DNA of 64,000 nucleotides from Balanoglossus misakiensis. Lineage: Eukaryota; Animalia; Hemichordata. A program made the position numbers and the translations under genes. The DNA is taken from NCBI GenBank assembly GCA_040954595.2, contig JBECUI020000037.1, positions 62,001 to 126,000 on the forward strand, in the 5' to 3' direction. This document shows, one piece after another, positions 23,629 through 33,040 of the stretch (positions within the stretch are counted from its first letter, which is position 1; the number at the start of each line of letters is the position of its first letter). The notes below the pieces were generated by a model. It made no database searches, was not told the origin of the DNA, and was given only the letters and a program-made list of their open reading frames with translations.

Positions 23629-26600
23629 ATGCGTTCAGTTCTTATTGCAACAACACTTTTTGTTGTTTTCTTTGCTTTTGTTTTTTCCTGTGGTGGAACT
23701 GCCACTTCAGGAAATATTCCAGATCCTGTCAATGCACTTTCTGCACATTTTCGTGCAGGGGACTCTATTACCGTTTCCTGGCAAGCACCCACTACTGGTG
23801 AACATTCTTATTCTGTTATCATCAGGGATCCCAATCAGGACATTATTGCCGAAGTAACGGCAACATCCCCTTCTCATACATTTGAAGGATTACTTTTTGC
23901 ACCAAATACCATCTATACAGTAGAAGTTTCCACTGTTTCGGGTGAGTCTTCTTCTCCGGTCGTTCAAATCACTCTTCCCGCAACCGGTGATGTTGTTGAT
24001 GCGGGAAGTACCGCTGACAACATTGCTACCCTACTGGGTAATAATCCTTCTAACGAAATTACCGTTACATGGGATGCACCAAACAATCTTGTACAACAGC
24101 CAACCGGATATACTATTCATCTGACCCCAGCTGGTGGAGAAACACAAGAAATACTGATTGATGATGCCTCAAAAGTTAGTCATACCATATCAGGATTAGA
24201 GCCACAAGTCGAGTATTCTGTTGCCGTAAGTGTACGATACAATAACGGACGATCAACCATCATCACTGCACCGGAACGCATTCAAACCTCTGTTGCACCA
24301 TTGACCATAACAAGAGATGTCTCATCAACTGCAATCAATCTGAGCTGGAACCCGATTGCTCCTGATTTGACATACAGTGTCTATCTCAGTACCGAAGCCC
24401 CTTCCACGGTTGATATCCTGATAGATGATGCGAACAAACAGGACGCAGCGATATTTGACTCGCTACTCAATGAATGGAGTCTATACATCGATGGTCTGAC
24501 TGCAGCAATGACCTATTATATTACCGTAAGCGCAACAGGAGGGGAGATTGTTGAAAATAGCGGTATTCTCTCAATCGAAACCCAAGCATCAGGAGAGCGT
24601 GCTCCTGAGATTGTTTCGTCCATAACAAAGTTGCTCAGTGAAAAAACAAGAGGATCACTTGCATTCAGCTGGAAAGACGTGCAAGGAACGGACATAGATG
24701 GGAACCATGTGCCAAGTATTTATACCGTACAGTACCGCAAATTCGGTACCACAGAATGGAAGAACGAGTCTGTTTCCTCGCCGACAAGTGGAAATCCGAC
24801 AGTTACCCTAACTGAATTGGATGAAGCAGCAGAGTATCTCATACGGATACAGGCAGTAAACAGTACCAACGATACTCTGATAAGCGGATGGAGCGAGGAA
24901 GTAACGCTTGCTGCAAATGGAATCAAACCCTTTGTCATACAAGATGGAGGAGGCAATGCCATAGAACGACATACCATAACACTGGGAAATCAATACACAC
25001 TCATTCTTTCAGCAGGAACATTTGTCAACGTTGAGAATACGGAAGTTCGTTGGGCAAGTACAGATGAGAGCATTGTAACGGTAACGGATGCAGGAAGGAT
25101 CCATGCAGTAGGAAGTGGGAATGTCAGTATAAGTGCAACAGCCGGAGCAGATCCAAGCAACACTGATTCGGTAGTTATTACGGTTCCCCCTGTACAGATT
25201 GAGGGCATTGCATCAGCCCGTGCAATTACTCTGAGTTGGCACAGTGTTCCCGGTGTGCAGTATGAGGTTTACCGAACAAGCACTGCAAGCACGAGCGCAG
25301 AATCGGTGGTACAGCAAGCAAATCGAGTATCACTCACCCCGACAAGCAGTGACGGAACCGAGACAGTGACAATAGATGGACTCAATCCACAAACCGACTA
25401 TTATGTTGTCGTAACACTCATTGGTGGAGCAATCAATGAAATGAGTTCACTTCTCACGATAACTACGAACAGTGTTCAAGCAACAAAGCCCGGAGAAGTC
25501 AATGAGATTAAAAAGAATCTGAGTGAGAAAACGATAGGATCACTCACAATTACGTGGACACAAGAAGACCGACAAGGAACTAATACTACAGGAAACTTTG
25601 TTGCAAGTATCTACGAAGTGGAATACAGAAAAGTGGGAACAATAGACTGGATCAGTGCCCCCGTCGTACCGGTTGGAGAGGCTCTCAGCAGAACATTCAG
25701 TGGACTTGATGAAACAGAGAACTATGAAGTCCGGATACGTGCACTCAATAGCAGTGATCAGACATTGGCAGGCGATTGGAGCGTGGCAGGACCCGTTCTT
25801 GCAAATGGAATCAAACCCTTTGTCATACAGGATATAGACGGAAATTCGATTACAGAGCTTGATCTCGGTCTTGGACAGACGACGAGACTCAGCCTTGCAG
25901 CAGGAACATTCGTGAATGTGGCAAATACAAGGGTACTCTGGGAGAGTAGTAGTAATACGGTCGTAACGATAACGGATACAGGAAGAATAGCAGTAGTCGG
26001 AAGTGGCGAAGCAATAATTACTGCAACCGCAGAGGCAGACGACAGCAAGAGCGATACGGTACGTATTACTGTACCGAAACTCAATGTGCTTTTTACTTCT
26101 GCTGCCGGGTCAATTGTTCTCAGTTGGCACAGTATCCCGAGTGTCAGTTATGCAGTCTACCGAACAACCACGGTCAGTACGACAGCTGAGGAAGTGATAC
26201 AGGAAGCCAATCGATTGTCTCTCTCCCCCGTTTCGAGTGAAGGCAAAGAGACGATAACCATGGGCGGATTAAGTCCACGTAGCACTTATTATATTGTGGT
26301 AACCGTAACCGGAAATAGCATAGATGAAAACAGTGAACTACTCATAGTAAGCACTGCAGGAGTTGAAGCAACAAACCCCGGAGAAGTCAATGAGATTAGA
26401 AAGGATCTGGGTGTAAAAACGATTGGAACACTCAAAATTACCTGGACACAGGAAGATCGACAAGGGACCGATACTGCAGGAAACTTTGTTGCAAGTAGTT
26501 ACGAAGTGGAATACAGAAAGGTGGGGGCAATAGACTGGATCAGTGCTGTAGCGATTGAAGAGAATCTCAGCAAAACACTCAGTGGACTTGATGGAACAGA

Positions 26601-29600
26601 GAACTATGAAGTCCGGATACGTGCACTCAATAGTAGTAATCAGACATTGGCAAGCGAGTGGAGCGTGGCAGGACCATTTCCTGCAAACGGAATCCGTGAT
26701 CTTGTTATCCATGATGCCAACGGTGCGGTTGCGACATTGACGGTCCCAGTCGGAACCAGTACACAGCTTCAGATTCCAAGTGATACTTGGGTCAATGTGG
26801 AGAATAGGAATGTTCTCTGGACAAGCGGTGATCCGAGCATCATTCGGGTGAGCAATGGACTGGTAACAGCCTTATCAGACGGCAGTAGCACTGTGCAAGC
26901 AGTAGCTGATGCAGACGATACGAAGAGAGTAGAAATAACAATCGATGTTCCCGGTTTTGGAACCATTACTCCAAGGGTAACAAGGACAAGTATAGATTTT
27001 AACTGGGAGAGCATTACGTCTGTACCACTGACCTACCGTGTCTATCTCTCGACTAGTGAAACTGATCTTATCAGTGAAGGAAACAAACATACACCGACAT
27101 TATCAGGAAATACCTGGAGTATACACATAGGGGGCTTGAATCCGGAGAGCAACTACTTTGCGATCATTACCGCAACGAGTATTGATATTTCGGTACAAAG
27201 CCCCGTATTGCCGATACGCACCGAAGATTCGCAGGCAGAAGCACCACCAAGTGTCGCAAATGTGGCAAAAGATCTGACAGAACAGGGATTGGGAGCATTA
27301 AAGATAACCTGGGATGCGGTTCAGGGGAAGGATATTGATGGAAGTTTGGTTGCAAGCAAGTACAATATTCAGTATCGTTTGCATGGAACAACCACGTGGA
27401 CAGAGGTTGATTCGGATACACCGAGCATTACCCTCAGTAGTTTAGCAGGTGCAGAAGAGTACGATGTACAAATCAGGGCAGTGAACAGTTTGGTTACATA
27501 TTTGACGAGTAACTGGTCTTCAGTGATAACTCTGAAGGCAAACGGAATCGGGAGCATTCGGATAAGCAAGGCAGATGGCAGTGAGTTAACCGAAGTGGAT
27601 AGAACCATATTAATTCCCAATACTCTAGCACTGTCAGCAGATCTGGTAGCAGAAAATATTAGTGATCGCGGAGTACAGTGGGGAGTAGAAAACGCAAATC
27701 CTACTGTAGCCGGCGAAACGGTTGCTACCATAAGTACTGATGGAGTAGTAACTGCAGTATCATCAGGAACAATTGAAGTAACAGTCGTTTCGGTACTTGA
27801 TACCAGCAAAAGTGATCGAATAACCCTGACTGTAGATTCGCAAGCAGAAGCACCACCAAGTGTCGCTAATGTGGTAAAAGATCTGACAGAACAGGGATTT
27901 GGAGCATTAAAGATTACCTGGGATGCGGTTCAGGGGAAGGATGTTGATGGGAGTTTAGTTGCAAGCAAGTACAATATTCAGTATCGTTTGCATGGAACAA
28001 GCACGTGGACAGAGGTTGATTCGGATACACCGAGCATTACCCTCAGTAGTTTAGCAGAAGCAAAAGAATATGATGTACAAATTAGGGCAGTAAACAGTAT
28101 TATTCCATCTCTGATGAGTAACTGGTCTGCCGAGGTAACTCTGAAGGCAAACGGGATCGACAGTATTCGGATAATCAAGGCAGATGGCAGTGAGTTGACC
28201 CAAGAGGGTCTATTCACTTCAAATACCCTTGCATTGCTAGCATCATTCGTAGCTGAAAATATCAGTGATCACGGAGTACAGTGGGGAGTAGAAAACGAGA
28301 ATCCTACTGTAGCCGGCGAAACGGTTGCTACCATAGGCACTGATGGGCTAGTAACTACGGTATCACCGGGAACAATTGAAGTAACAGTCGTTTCGGTACT
28401 CGATAGCAGCAAAACAGACAGGATAACCCTGACTGTCATTCAGGCACCTACAGCACCCACTGTACCACGCATAGGAACTGTAAATTTTGTAGCAGTCGAT
28501 ACGGATGGAACGTACCGACTAACGGTTGATTGGAGCGAACCAACTGATCCGGGCATGCTTCTTGGTGGAGGACCGGCAACAATAATTGGATATACACTTT
28601 CGTGGGGAAGTGGACAGCAAGAGGTGGGAAATGTCCTGTCATATACCATAACGGGGTTAGACCCTGATACAATCTATAGCATAACGGTCATTGCCCGAAA
28701 TGAGGGAGCAGAATCACCTGCATCAGTGGCTGTGCAAACGCAAAGAGTCCTTAATATACCGGTAGCTGACCTGCCATATTACGATCAACCCATTTCGAAA
28801 GTCTACGGTACTGCAAGCGCATCCTACAACTTACAAAAAGATGCCTTGGGGGATTACCAACAAGCCAGCCAATGGAGGTATCAGCTTTCCAGTGTTACCC
28901 CACAACAATCAGGATTTTCAGTTCAGGATTATGACAACGACCTATTACATTATAACCATGGACTCCTTAGTATAGCTAATACTGTTCCGGTGGGTATCTA
29001 TCAGATAGAGACGAGAATAACCCGTAACAACTATTGGGGAGAAATAATTGTCAACGCAGAGGTAAGAATAACAGCAATCCAGCTAAGCAATTACCGCATG
29101 GAATACGGACCCCTTGCCGATGCACGAGAGGGCGTTGCGCAATCCTATCATCCGAGTGTAAATACCATTCCTTCTGCAGCGGCTGCGACGTATAGCATTA
29201 CTGCCCTTTCAGGTAGTCTTCCCGTTGGTATAAGCATTGATGCAGACGGAACAATACAGGTAGCGGATTCGCTTTTACCTGCAACATATCCGGTTCGGGT
29301 AACTGCAACGCCGACAACCAGCAATTATGGCGGAACACTTACTACCGACCTTGTTATTACTGTAGTGGAAGCAACTGCCATAACCGGCTCCATAAGTTAT
29401 CCGGTTATTGATCATCCGTATAACGATGCAGATCCAAAAACCTACACGCCAACGGTGGTAGATCTGCCAAGCGGATTAACAGCCGATCTTTTGAGTTACC
29501 GTATTACATCGGTACGCCGAAACGACATTGATATTCCCTCTTATGCAGGGATAATAACAATCGATGCAGCTGGGATAATAACAATAAGTACCACTGCACA

Positions 29601-31671
29601 AGCTGGAATATATGAGATCCGGATAGAAGCGAGCAATAGTAGCTATAGCGGTGCCATAATGGCAGTTCTTTCAGGAACGGTAGCAAAAATTTTACTTCCC
29701 GACAATGCATTCGCTTACGGTATTCTTGCCCGAGCACCGGGAAATACCGGAAGTACCATGACCTATCAGATACAAACAAATGACATTCCCGCCGATAGCG
29801 GAACAATAGGATACAGCATGACTCCTTCTATCTCGGGTATAAGTATCAATGCAGGAACGGGGGAAATAACGGTGGATGATACCACCGTTCCGGGTGGATA
29901 CCAACTGCACGTTACCCTCTCCACCGACAACTATGTGGAACAATCAGTTGATCTGTATCTCTATGTTGGAGACAGTAATCTGATATACAAAGGAAACTTT
30001 AATGTAGCATCACAGGCATACTTTAGCATAGGAGATATTGCCAATCCGTTCCTTGTTAGTCTTGCAGATAGTACTGGAACGGGAATAACAGCAAGGCTGG
30101 TGATAGGAGATGGAAGCAATACCTTGTACGATAGCGCAGATACAGCAGATACGGTTACGGTAGATACGGCAGGGAATGTCGGCATAGGTCCGATAGGAGC
30201 AAATCAGCAAAGCATTGATTGGAACTGGGTGGCCTTGAGCGGAATAACAACGGTTCAGATAACGATCAGTGTAACCGACGGGAGTAATTCCGACAGTAAG
30301 ACAGTTTCGATAGCAAAGAGTGGGGACGGTGATATTTACACATGGCGAGACCTTCAGGCAATGGCAGACAAGCTGGATGGTGCATACGAACTGAAATCGG
30401 ATATCGACTTTCCAACTAAGGGAACAATAGGACTAGCAACTACCGGATTTATTCCAGTTGGAGATACAACGACGACCTTTACGGGAAGTTTGAGCGGAGG
30501 AACAGGATATGTTATTCGAAACTTTGTCATAGACGATGTAACCAGAATTCGAGCAGGACTCTTCGGGGTAGCTACGGGAAATGTTGCAAGCAATCTTGTT
30601 TTTATTGATCCTTCAGTGAGAGCACGGGCGGGAGCAGGGGTTCTTGCAGGGGAAGGAAGAAGTGGGACCGTAGAATCCATTCATATTCGGGTAACGAAAC
30701 CGCAAAACGTTGTAAGCACAACCGGTTCAGCAACTTTTGTGAGCAGTAACACTGGTGCCTATGCCGGGGGCATAATGGGATACAGTAATCGCATGCATGT
30801 ACGTCGGGCTGAAAATGGCGGAAATGTGAGTGGATCAAATGATATCGTTGGCGGACTTGTTGGTTGGTCCATAAATGCACAGGTGGAAGGCTGGACAAGC
30901 GGGGATGTGCTTGGAGGTGATTTTGTAGGAGGACTTACAGGAAACATAAGTAATTCTCGTATTAGTGGCTACTCGCTTGGAAATATTACTGGTGAGGGCT
31001 TTGTAGGAGGACTGGTTGGAACCAACACCGCGAGCACCGTCTACGGCTATTCAAGAGGAATAGTGAGCGGGAGCAACTACCTTGGGGGACTGGTAGGAAC
31101 TTCGAAAACTAACGTTATTGGATATAGCACTGCCACGATAGATGCAAGAAGCGATGGTTATTTGGGCGACCACTACAGTGGTGGCTTAGTCGGATACCTT
31201 GAGCTTTCAAAGGTACTGAAAGGACTTTCCTTTATTACAAGAACAGGGCCAAAGCGAAGAAGCACTGGAGGGTTGGCAGGTACTGTTAACTATGGACATA
31301 ATCTGGAAGTATACGGCTATTTTAGTTTAGCTACTACCGGATTAGCCGCTAATAGAGGGATAACTTTCCCAGGGGCTTTGAAAGCTTCCGAATATGGACC
31401 GCTGTCGAGTGAGAGCAGTCTTGAAAGACGCGGAATGGGCACACCCGACGATCCGTATACCTACTGGGACGACGATGGCGATTCTACTACCTCAACTGCC
31501 GGTACACAACTCTTTACGAATACAAATGGGTTTACCATTCATCAGAGCACAGGAGGAACAGATGAGCATTTGGGAGACTGGGTCTGGTTGGGGAACGGCA
31601 AAGCACCAAACCTCTGGGATACGGATGACAAACGCTACTTTGGCGATCAGCCCGAGTATAAGGAAGAATAA
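23629..31671 (+). CDS. Giant surface lipoprotein G1 (repeated FN3-FN3-Big_2 modules, Ig/cadherin-like domains, C-terminal GLUG-like GGLVG-repeat domain)
   Basis: Uninterrupted ORF. Signal peptide MRSVLIATTLFVVFFAFVFSC; FN3 motifs (W...Y.V.IRA.N); many VGGLVG repeats at the C terminus. Confidence 0.9.
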   Translation: MRSVLIATTLFVVFFAFVFSCGGTATSGNIPDPVNALSAHFRAGDSITVSWQAPTTGEHSYSVIIRDPNQDIIAEVTATSPSHTFEGLLFAPNTIYTVEVSTVSGESSSPVVQITLPATGDVVDAGSTADNIATLLGNNPSNEITVTWDAPNNLVQQPTGYTIHLTPAGGETQEILIDDASKVSHTISGLEPQVEYSVAVSVRYNNGRSTIITAPERIQTSVAPLTITRDVSSTAINLSWNPIAPDLTYSVYLSTEAPSTVDILIDDANKQDAAIFDSLLNEWSLYIDGLTAAMTYYITVSATGGEIVENSGILSIETQASGERAPEIVSSITKLLSEKTRGSLAFSWKDVQGTDIDGNHVPSIYTVQYRKFGTTEWKNESVSSPTSGNPTVTLTELDEAAEYLIRIQAVNSTNDTLISGWSEEVTLAANGIKPFVIQDGGGNAIERHTITLGNQYTLILSAGTFVNVENTEVRWASTDESIVTVTDAGRIHAVGSGNVSISATAGADPSNTDSVVITVPPVQIEGIASARAITLSWHSVPGVQYEVYRTSTASTSAESVVQQANRVSLTPTSSDGTETVTIDGLNPQTDYYVVVTLIGGAINEMSSLLTITTNSVQATKPGEVNEIKKNLSEKTIGSLTITWTQEDRQGTNTTGNFVASIYEVEYRKVGTIDWISAPVVPVGEALSRTFSGLDETENYEVRIRALNSSDQTLAGDWSVAGPVLANGIKPFVIQDIDGNSITELDLGLGQTTRLSLAAGTFVNVANTRVLWESSSNTVVTITDTGRIAVVGSGEAIITATAEADDSKSDTVRITVPKLNVLFTSAAGSIVLSWHSIPSVSYAVYRTTTVSTTAEEVIQEANRLSLSPVSSEGKETITMGGLSPRSTYYIVVTVTGNSIDENSELLIVSTAGVEATNPGEVNEIRKDLGVKTIGTLKITWTQEDRQGTDTAGNFVASSYEVEYRKVGAIDWISAVAIEENLSKTLSGLDGTENYEVRIRALNSSNQTLASEWSVAGPFPANGIRDLVIHDANGAVATLTVPVGTSTQLQIPSDTWVNVENRNVLWTSGDPSIIRVSNGLVTALSDGSSTVQAVADADDTKRVEITIDVPGFGTITPRVTRTSIDFNWESITSVPLTYRVYLSTSETDLISEGNKHTPTLSGNTWSIHIGGLNPESNYFAIITATSIDISVQSPVLPIRTEDSQAEAPPSVANVAKDLTEQGLGALKITWDAVQGKDIDGSLVASKYNIQYRLHGTTTWTEVDSDTPSITLSSLAGAEEYDVQIRAVNSLVTYLTSNWSSVITLKANGIGSIRISKADGSELTEVDRTILIPNTLALSADLVAENISDRGVQWGVENANPTVAGETVATISTDGVVTAVSSGTIEVTVVSVLDTSKSDRITLTVDSQAEAPPSVANVVKDLTEQGFGALKITWDAVQGKDVDGSLVASKYNIQYRLHGTSTWTEVDSDTPSITLSSLAEAKEYDVQIRAVNSIIPSLMSNWSAEVTLKANGIDSIRIIKADGSELTQEGLFTSNTLALLASFVAENISDHGVQWGVENENPTVAGETVATIGTDGLVTTVSPGTIEVTVVSVLDSSKTDRITLTVIQAPTAPTVPRIGTVNFVAVDTDGTYRLTVDWSEPTDPGMLLGGGPATIIGYTLSWGSGQQEVGNVLSYTITGLDPDTIYSITVIARNEGAESPASVAVQTQRVLNIPVADLPYYDQPISKVYGTASASYNLQKDALGDYQQASQWRYQLSSVTPQQSGFSVQDYDNDLLHYNHGLLSIANTVPVGIYQIETRITRNNYWGEIIVNAEVRITAIQLSNYRMEYGPLADAREGVAQSYHPSVNTIPSAAAATYSITALSGSLPVGISIDADGTIQVADSLLPATYPVRVTATPTTSNYGGTLTTDLVITVVEATAITGSISYPVIDHPYNDADPKTYTPTVVDLPSGLTADLLSYRITSVRRNDIDIPSYAGIITIDAAGIITISTTAQAGIYEIRIEASNSSYSGAIMAVLSGTVAKILLPDNAFAYGILARAPGNTGSTMTYQIQTNDIPADSGTIGYSMTPSISGISINAGTGEITVDDTTVPGGYQLHVTLSTDNYVEQSVDLYLYVGDSNLIYKGNFNVASQAYFSIGDIANPFLVSLADSTGTGITARLVIGDGSNTLYDSADTADTVTVDTAGNVGIGPIGANQQSIDWNWVALSGITTVQITISVTDGSNSDSKTVSIAKSGDGDIYTWRDLQAMADKLDGAYELKSDIDFPTKGTIGLATTGFIPVGDTTTTFTGSLSGGTGYVIRNFVIDDVTRIRAGLFGVATGNVASNLVFIDPSVRARAGAGVLAGEGRSGTVESIHIRVTKPQNVVSTTGSATFVSSNTGAYAGGIMGYSNRMHVRRAENGGNVSGSNDIVGGLVGWSINAQVEGWTSGDVLGGDFVGGLTGNISNSRISGYSLGNITGEGFVGGLVGTNTASTVYGYSRGIVSGSNYLGGLVGTSKTNVIGYSTATIDARSDGYLGDHYSGGLVGYLELSKVLKGLSFITRTGPKRRSTGGLAGTVNYGHNLEVYGYFSLATTGLAANRGITFPGALKASEYGPLSSESSLERRGMGTPDDPYTYWDDDGDSTTSTAGTQLFTNTNGFTIHQSTGGTDEHLGDWVWLGNGKAPNLWDTDDKRYFGDQPEYKEE
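27226..28440 (+). repeat. Recent internal tandem duplication (period about 609 bp) of an FN3+Big_2 module in G1
   Basis: GATTCGCARGCAGAAGCACCACCAAGTGTCGC at 27226 and 27835, with near-identical sequence downstream of each. Confidence 0.9.
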
Positions 31672-31687
31672 GTACAAAATACGCTCC

Positions 31688-31725
31688 AGCCCCTTTCCAC
31701 CAAGGAGAGGGGTTTGCTTTGTTTG
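31688..31725 (+). terminator. Probable terminator of G1
   Basis: GCCCCTTTCC-ACCAA-GGAGAGGGGT followed by T-rich sequence. Confidence 0.6.
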
Positions 31726-31784
31726 TGGAAGGAGTAGGTGAAGTTTTGTGATGGTTTTCCATTCATTATTTCATCTACTTTTTT

Positions 31785-32842
31785 TGTATAAGCCCCGCCA
31801 TCCATAGGTGTTATTTAAGTCAAGTTTTTTTTAGTATAAGTTCCCCCATCCACAGCCCCCACCCATCAGGGGCGGTATAACGTACTACTGCGAAATATGG
31901 CTGTTTGCTTAAACCTTTGCTCCGCCAGTGCAGAAAAATCGCCACGCCCCCTTGCTAAACTACTACACAAATGTTAAGTAGTTTTTTTGTATAATCTTTC
32001 CCATCCACAACCCCCACCCATCAAGGGGCGGTATTAAGAACTACCACAAAATCTGCCCCTTTGCTTGAGGTTTGAGCGAAGGAATTGATCTTGTAGGGTG
32101 GTTTTTCTGATAATTTTTACTTAAAATTATACTTAAATTTTTAGTATAAGCCCTCCATCCACAACCCCCACCCATCAGGGGAGGTATCAAGAATTACAGT
32201 AAAATCTGCCTGTTTGATTGAGGTTTGTGCGGGATTTTGATGTCTGAAAAGGCGTCTTCTCTCAATGTTTACTTAATTTTTTACTTAAATTTTATGTATA
32301 AGCCCCGCCATCCACAGCCCCCACCCATTAGGGGTGGTATAACGTACTACTGCGAAAAGAGGCTGTTTGATTGAAGTTTGTGCGGGATTTTGATGGCTGT
32401 AGGGGCACCTTCTCACAATGTTTACTTAAAATTATACTTAAAATTTAGTATAAGTTCCCCCATCCACAACCCCCACCCATCAGGGGTGGTATCAATAATT
32501 ACCACAAAAAGTGGCTGTTTGCTTGAGCCTTTGCCTGGCAGGCACACAAGAATCTCCGTGCACTCCTGCTAAACTACTACACAAATGTTAAGTAGTTTTT
32601 TTGGTATAAGCCCTCCATCCGCAACCCCCACCCATCAGGGGCGGCATCAATAACTACCACAAAACGTGGCTGTTTGATTGAACCTTTGCTCCGCCAGTGC
32701 AGAAAAATCGCCACGCCCCCTTGCTAAACTACTACACAAATGTTAAGTAGTTTTTTTGGTATAAGCCCCGCCATCCACAGCCCCCACCCATTAGGGGTGG
32801 TATAACGTACTACTGCGAAAAGAGGCTGTTTGATTGAAGTTT
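31785..32842. repeat. Tandem array B of the ~153-bp element (7 cores plus 1 partial)
   Basis: Cores at 31847, 32002, 32156, 32309, 32461, 32616 and 32772, partial at 31799; same orientation as array A. Confidence 0.95.
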
Positions 32843-32986
32843 GAACCAGATTTTTATCTTTTTTTTTCCATACATTATTTCCCCTAAAAAAGAAAAAAAG
32901 CCGTTTAAAAACAAGTGTTATCTCTATAATAAATATTTTTAATAGGTGAGGGGGGTAGAATATTTTTAGTCTTTTTCAGAAAATAC

Positions 32987-33014
32987 TTGACTTTTCAACA
33001 TTATTTTGTATTAT
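32987..33014 (+). promoter_or_regulatory. Sigma70-type promoter of G2
   Basis: TTGACT-16 bp-TATTAT; RBS GGAGGA at 33030, ATG at 33041. Confidence 0.6.
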
Positions 33015-33040
33015 TATATGTAACCCTTTGGAGGATGTCT

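Noticed and set aside
32378-32572. 64-aa ORF inside array B (and the similar 19319..19516 and 23125..23358)
   Set aside because: Chance read-through of repeat units; unit lengths vary by non-multiples of three and other units contain stops.
31785-32842. Replication origin with DnaA boxes (CCATCCACA)
   Set aside because: Two mismatches to TTATCCACA, one per unit, dispersed over 30 kb, and no dnaA/dnaN/rep gene nearby.
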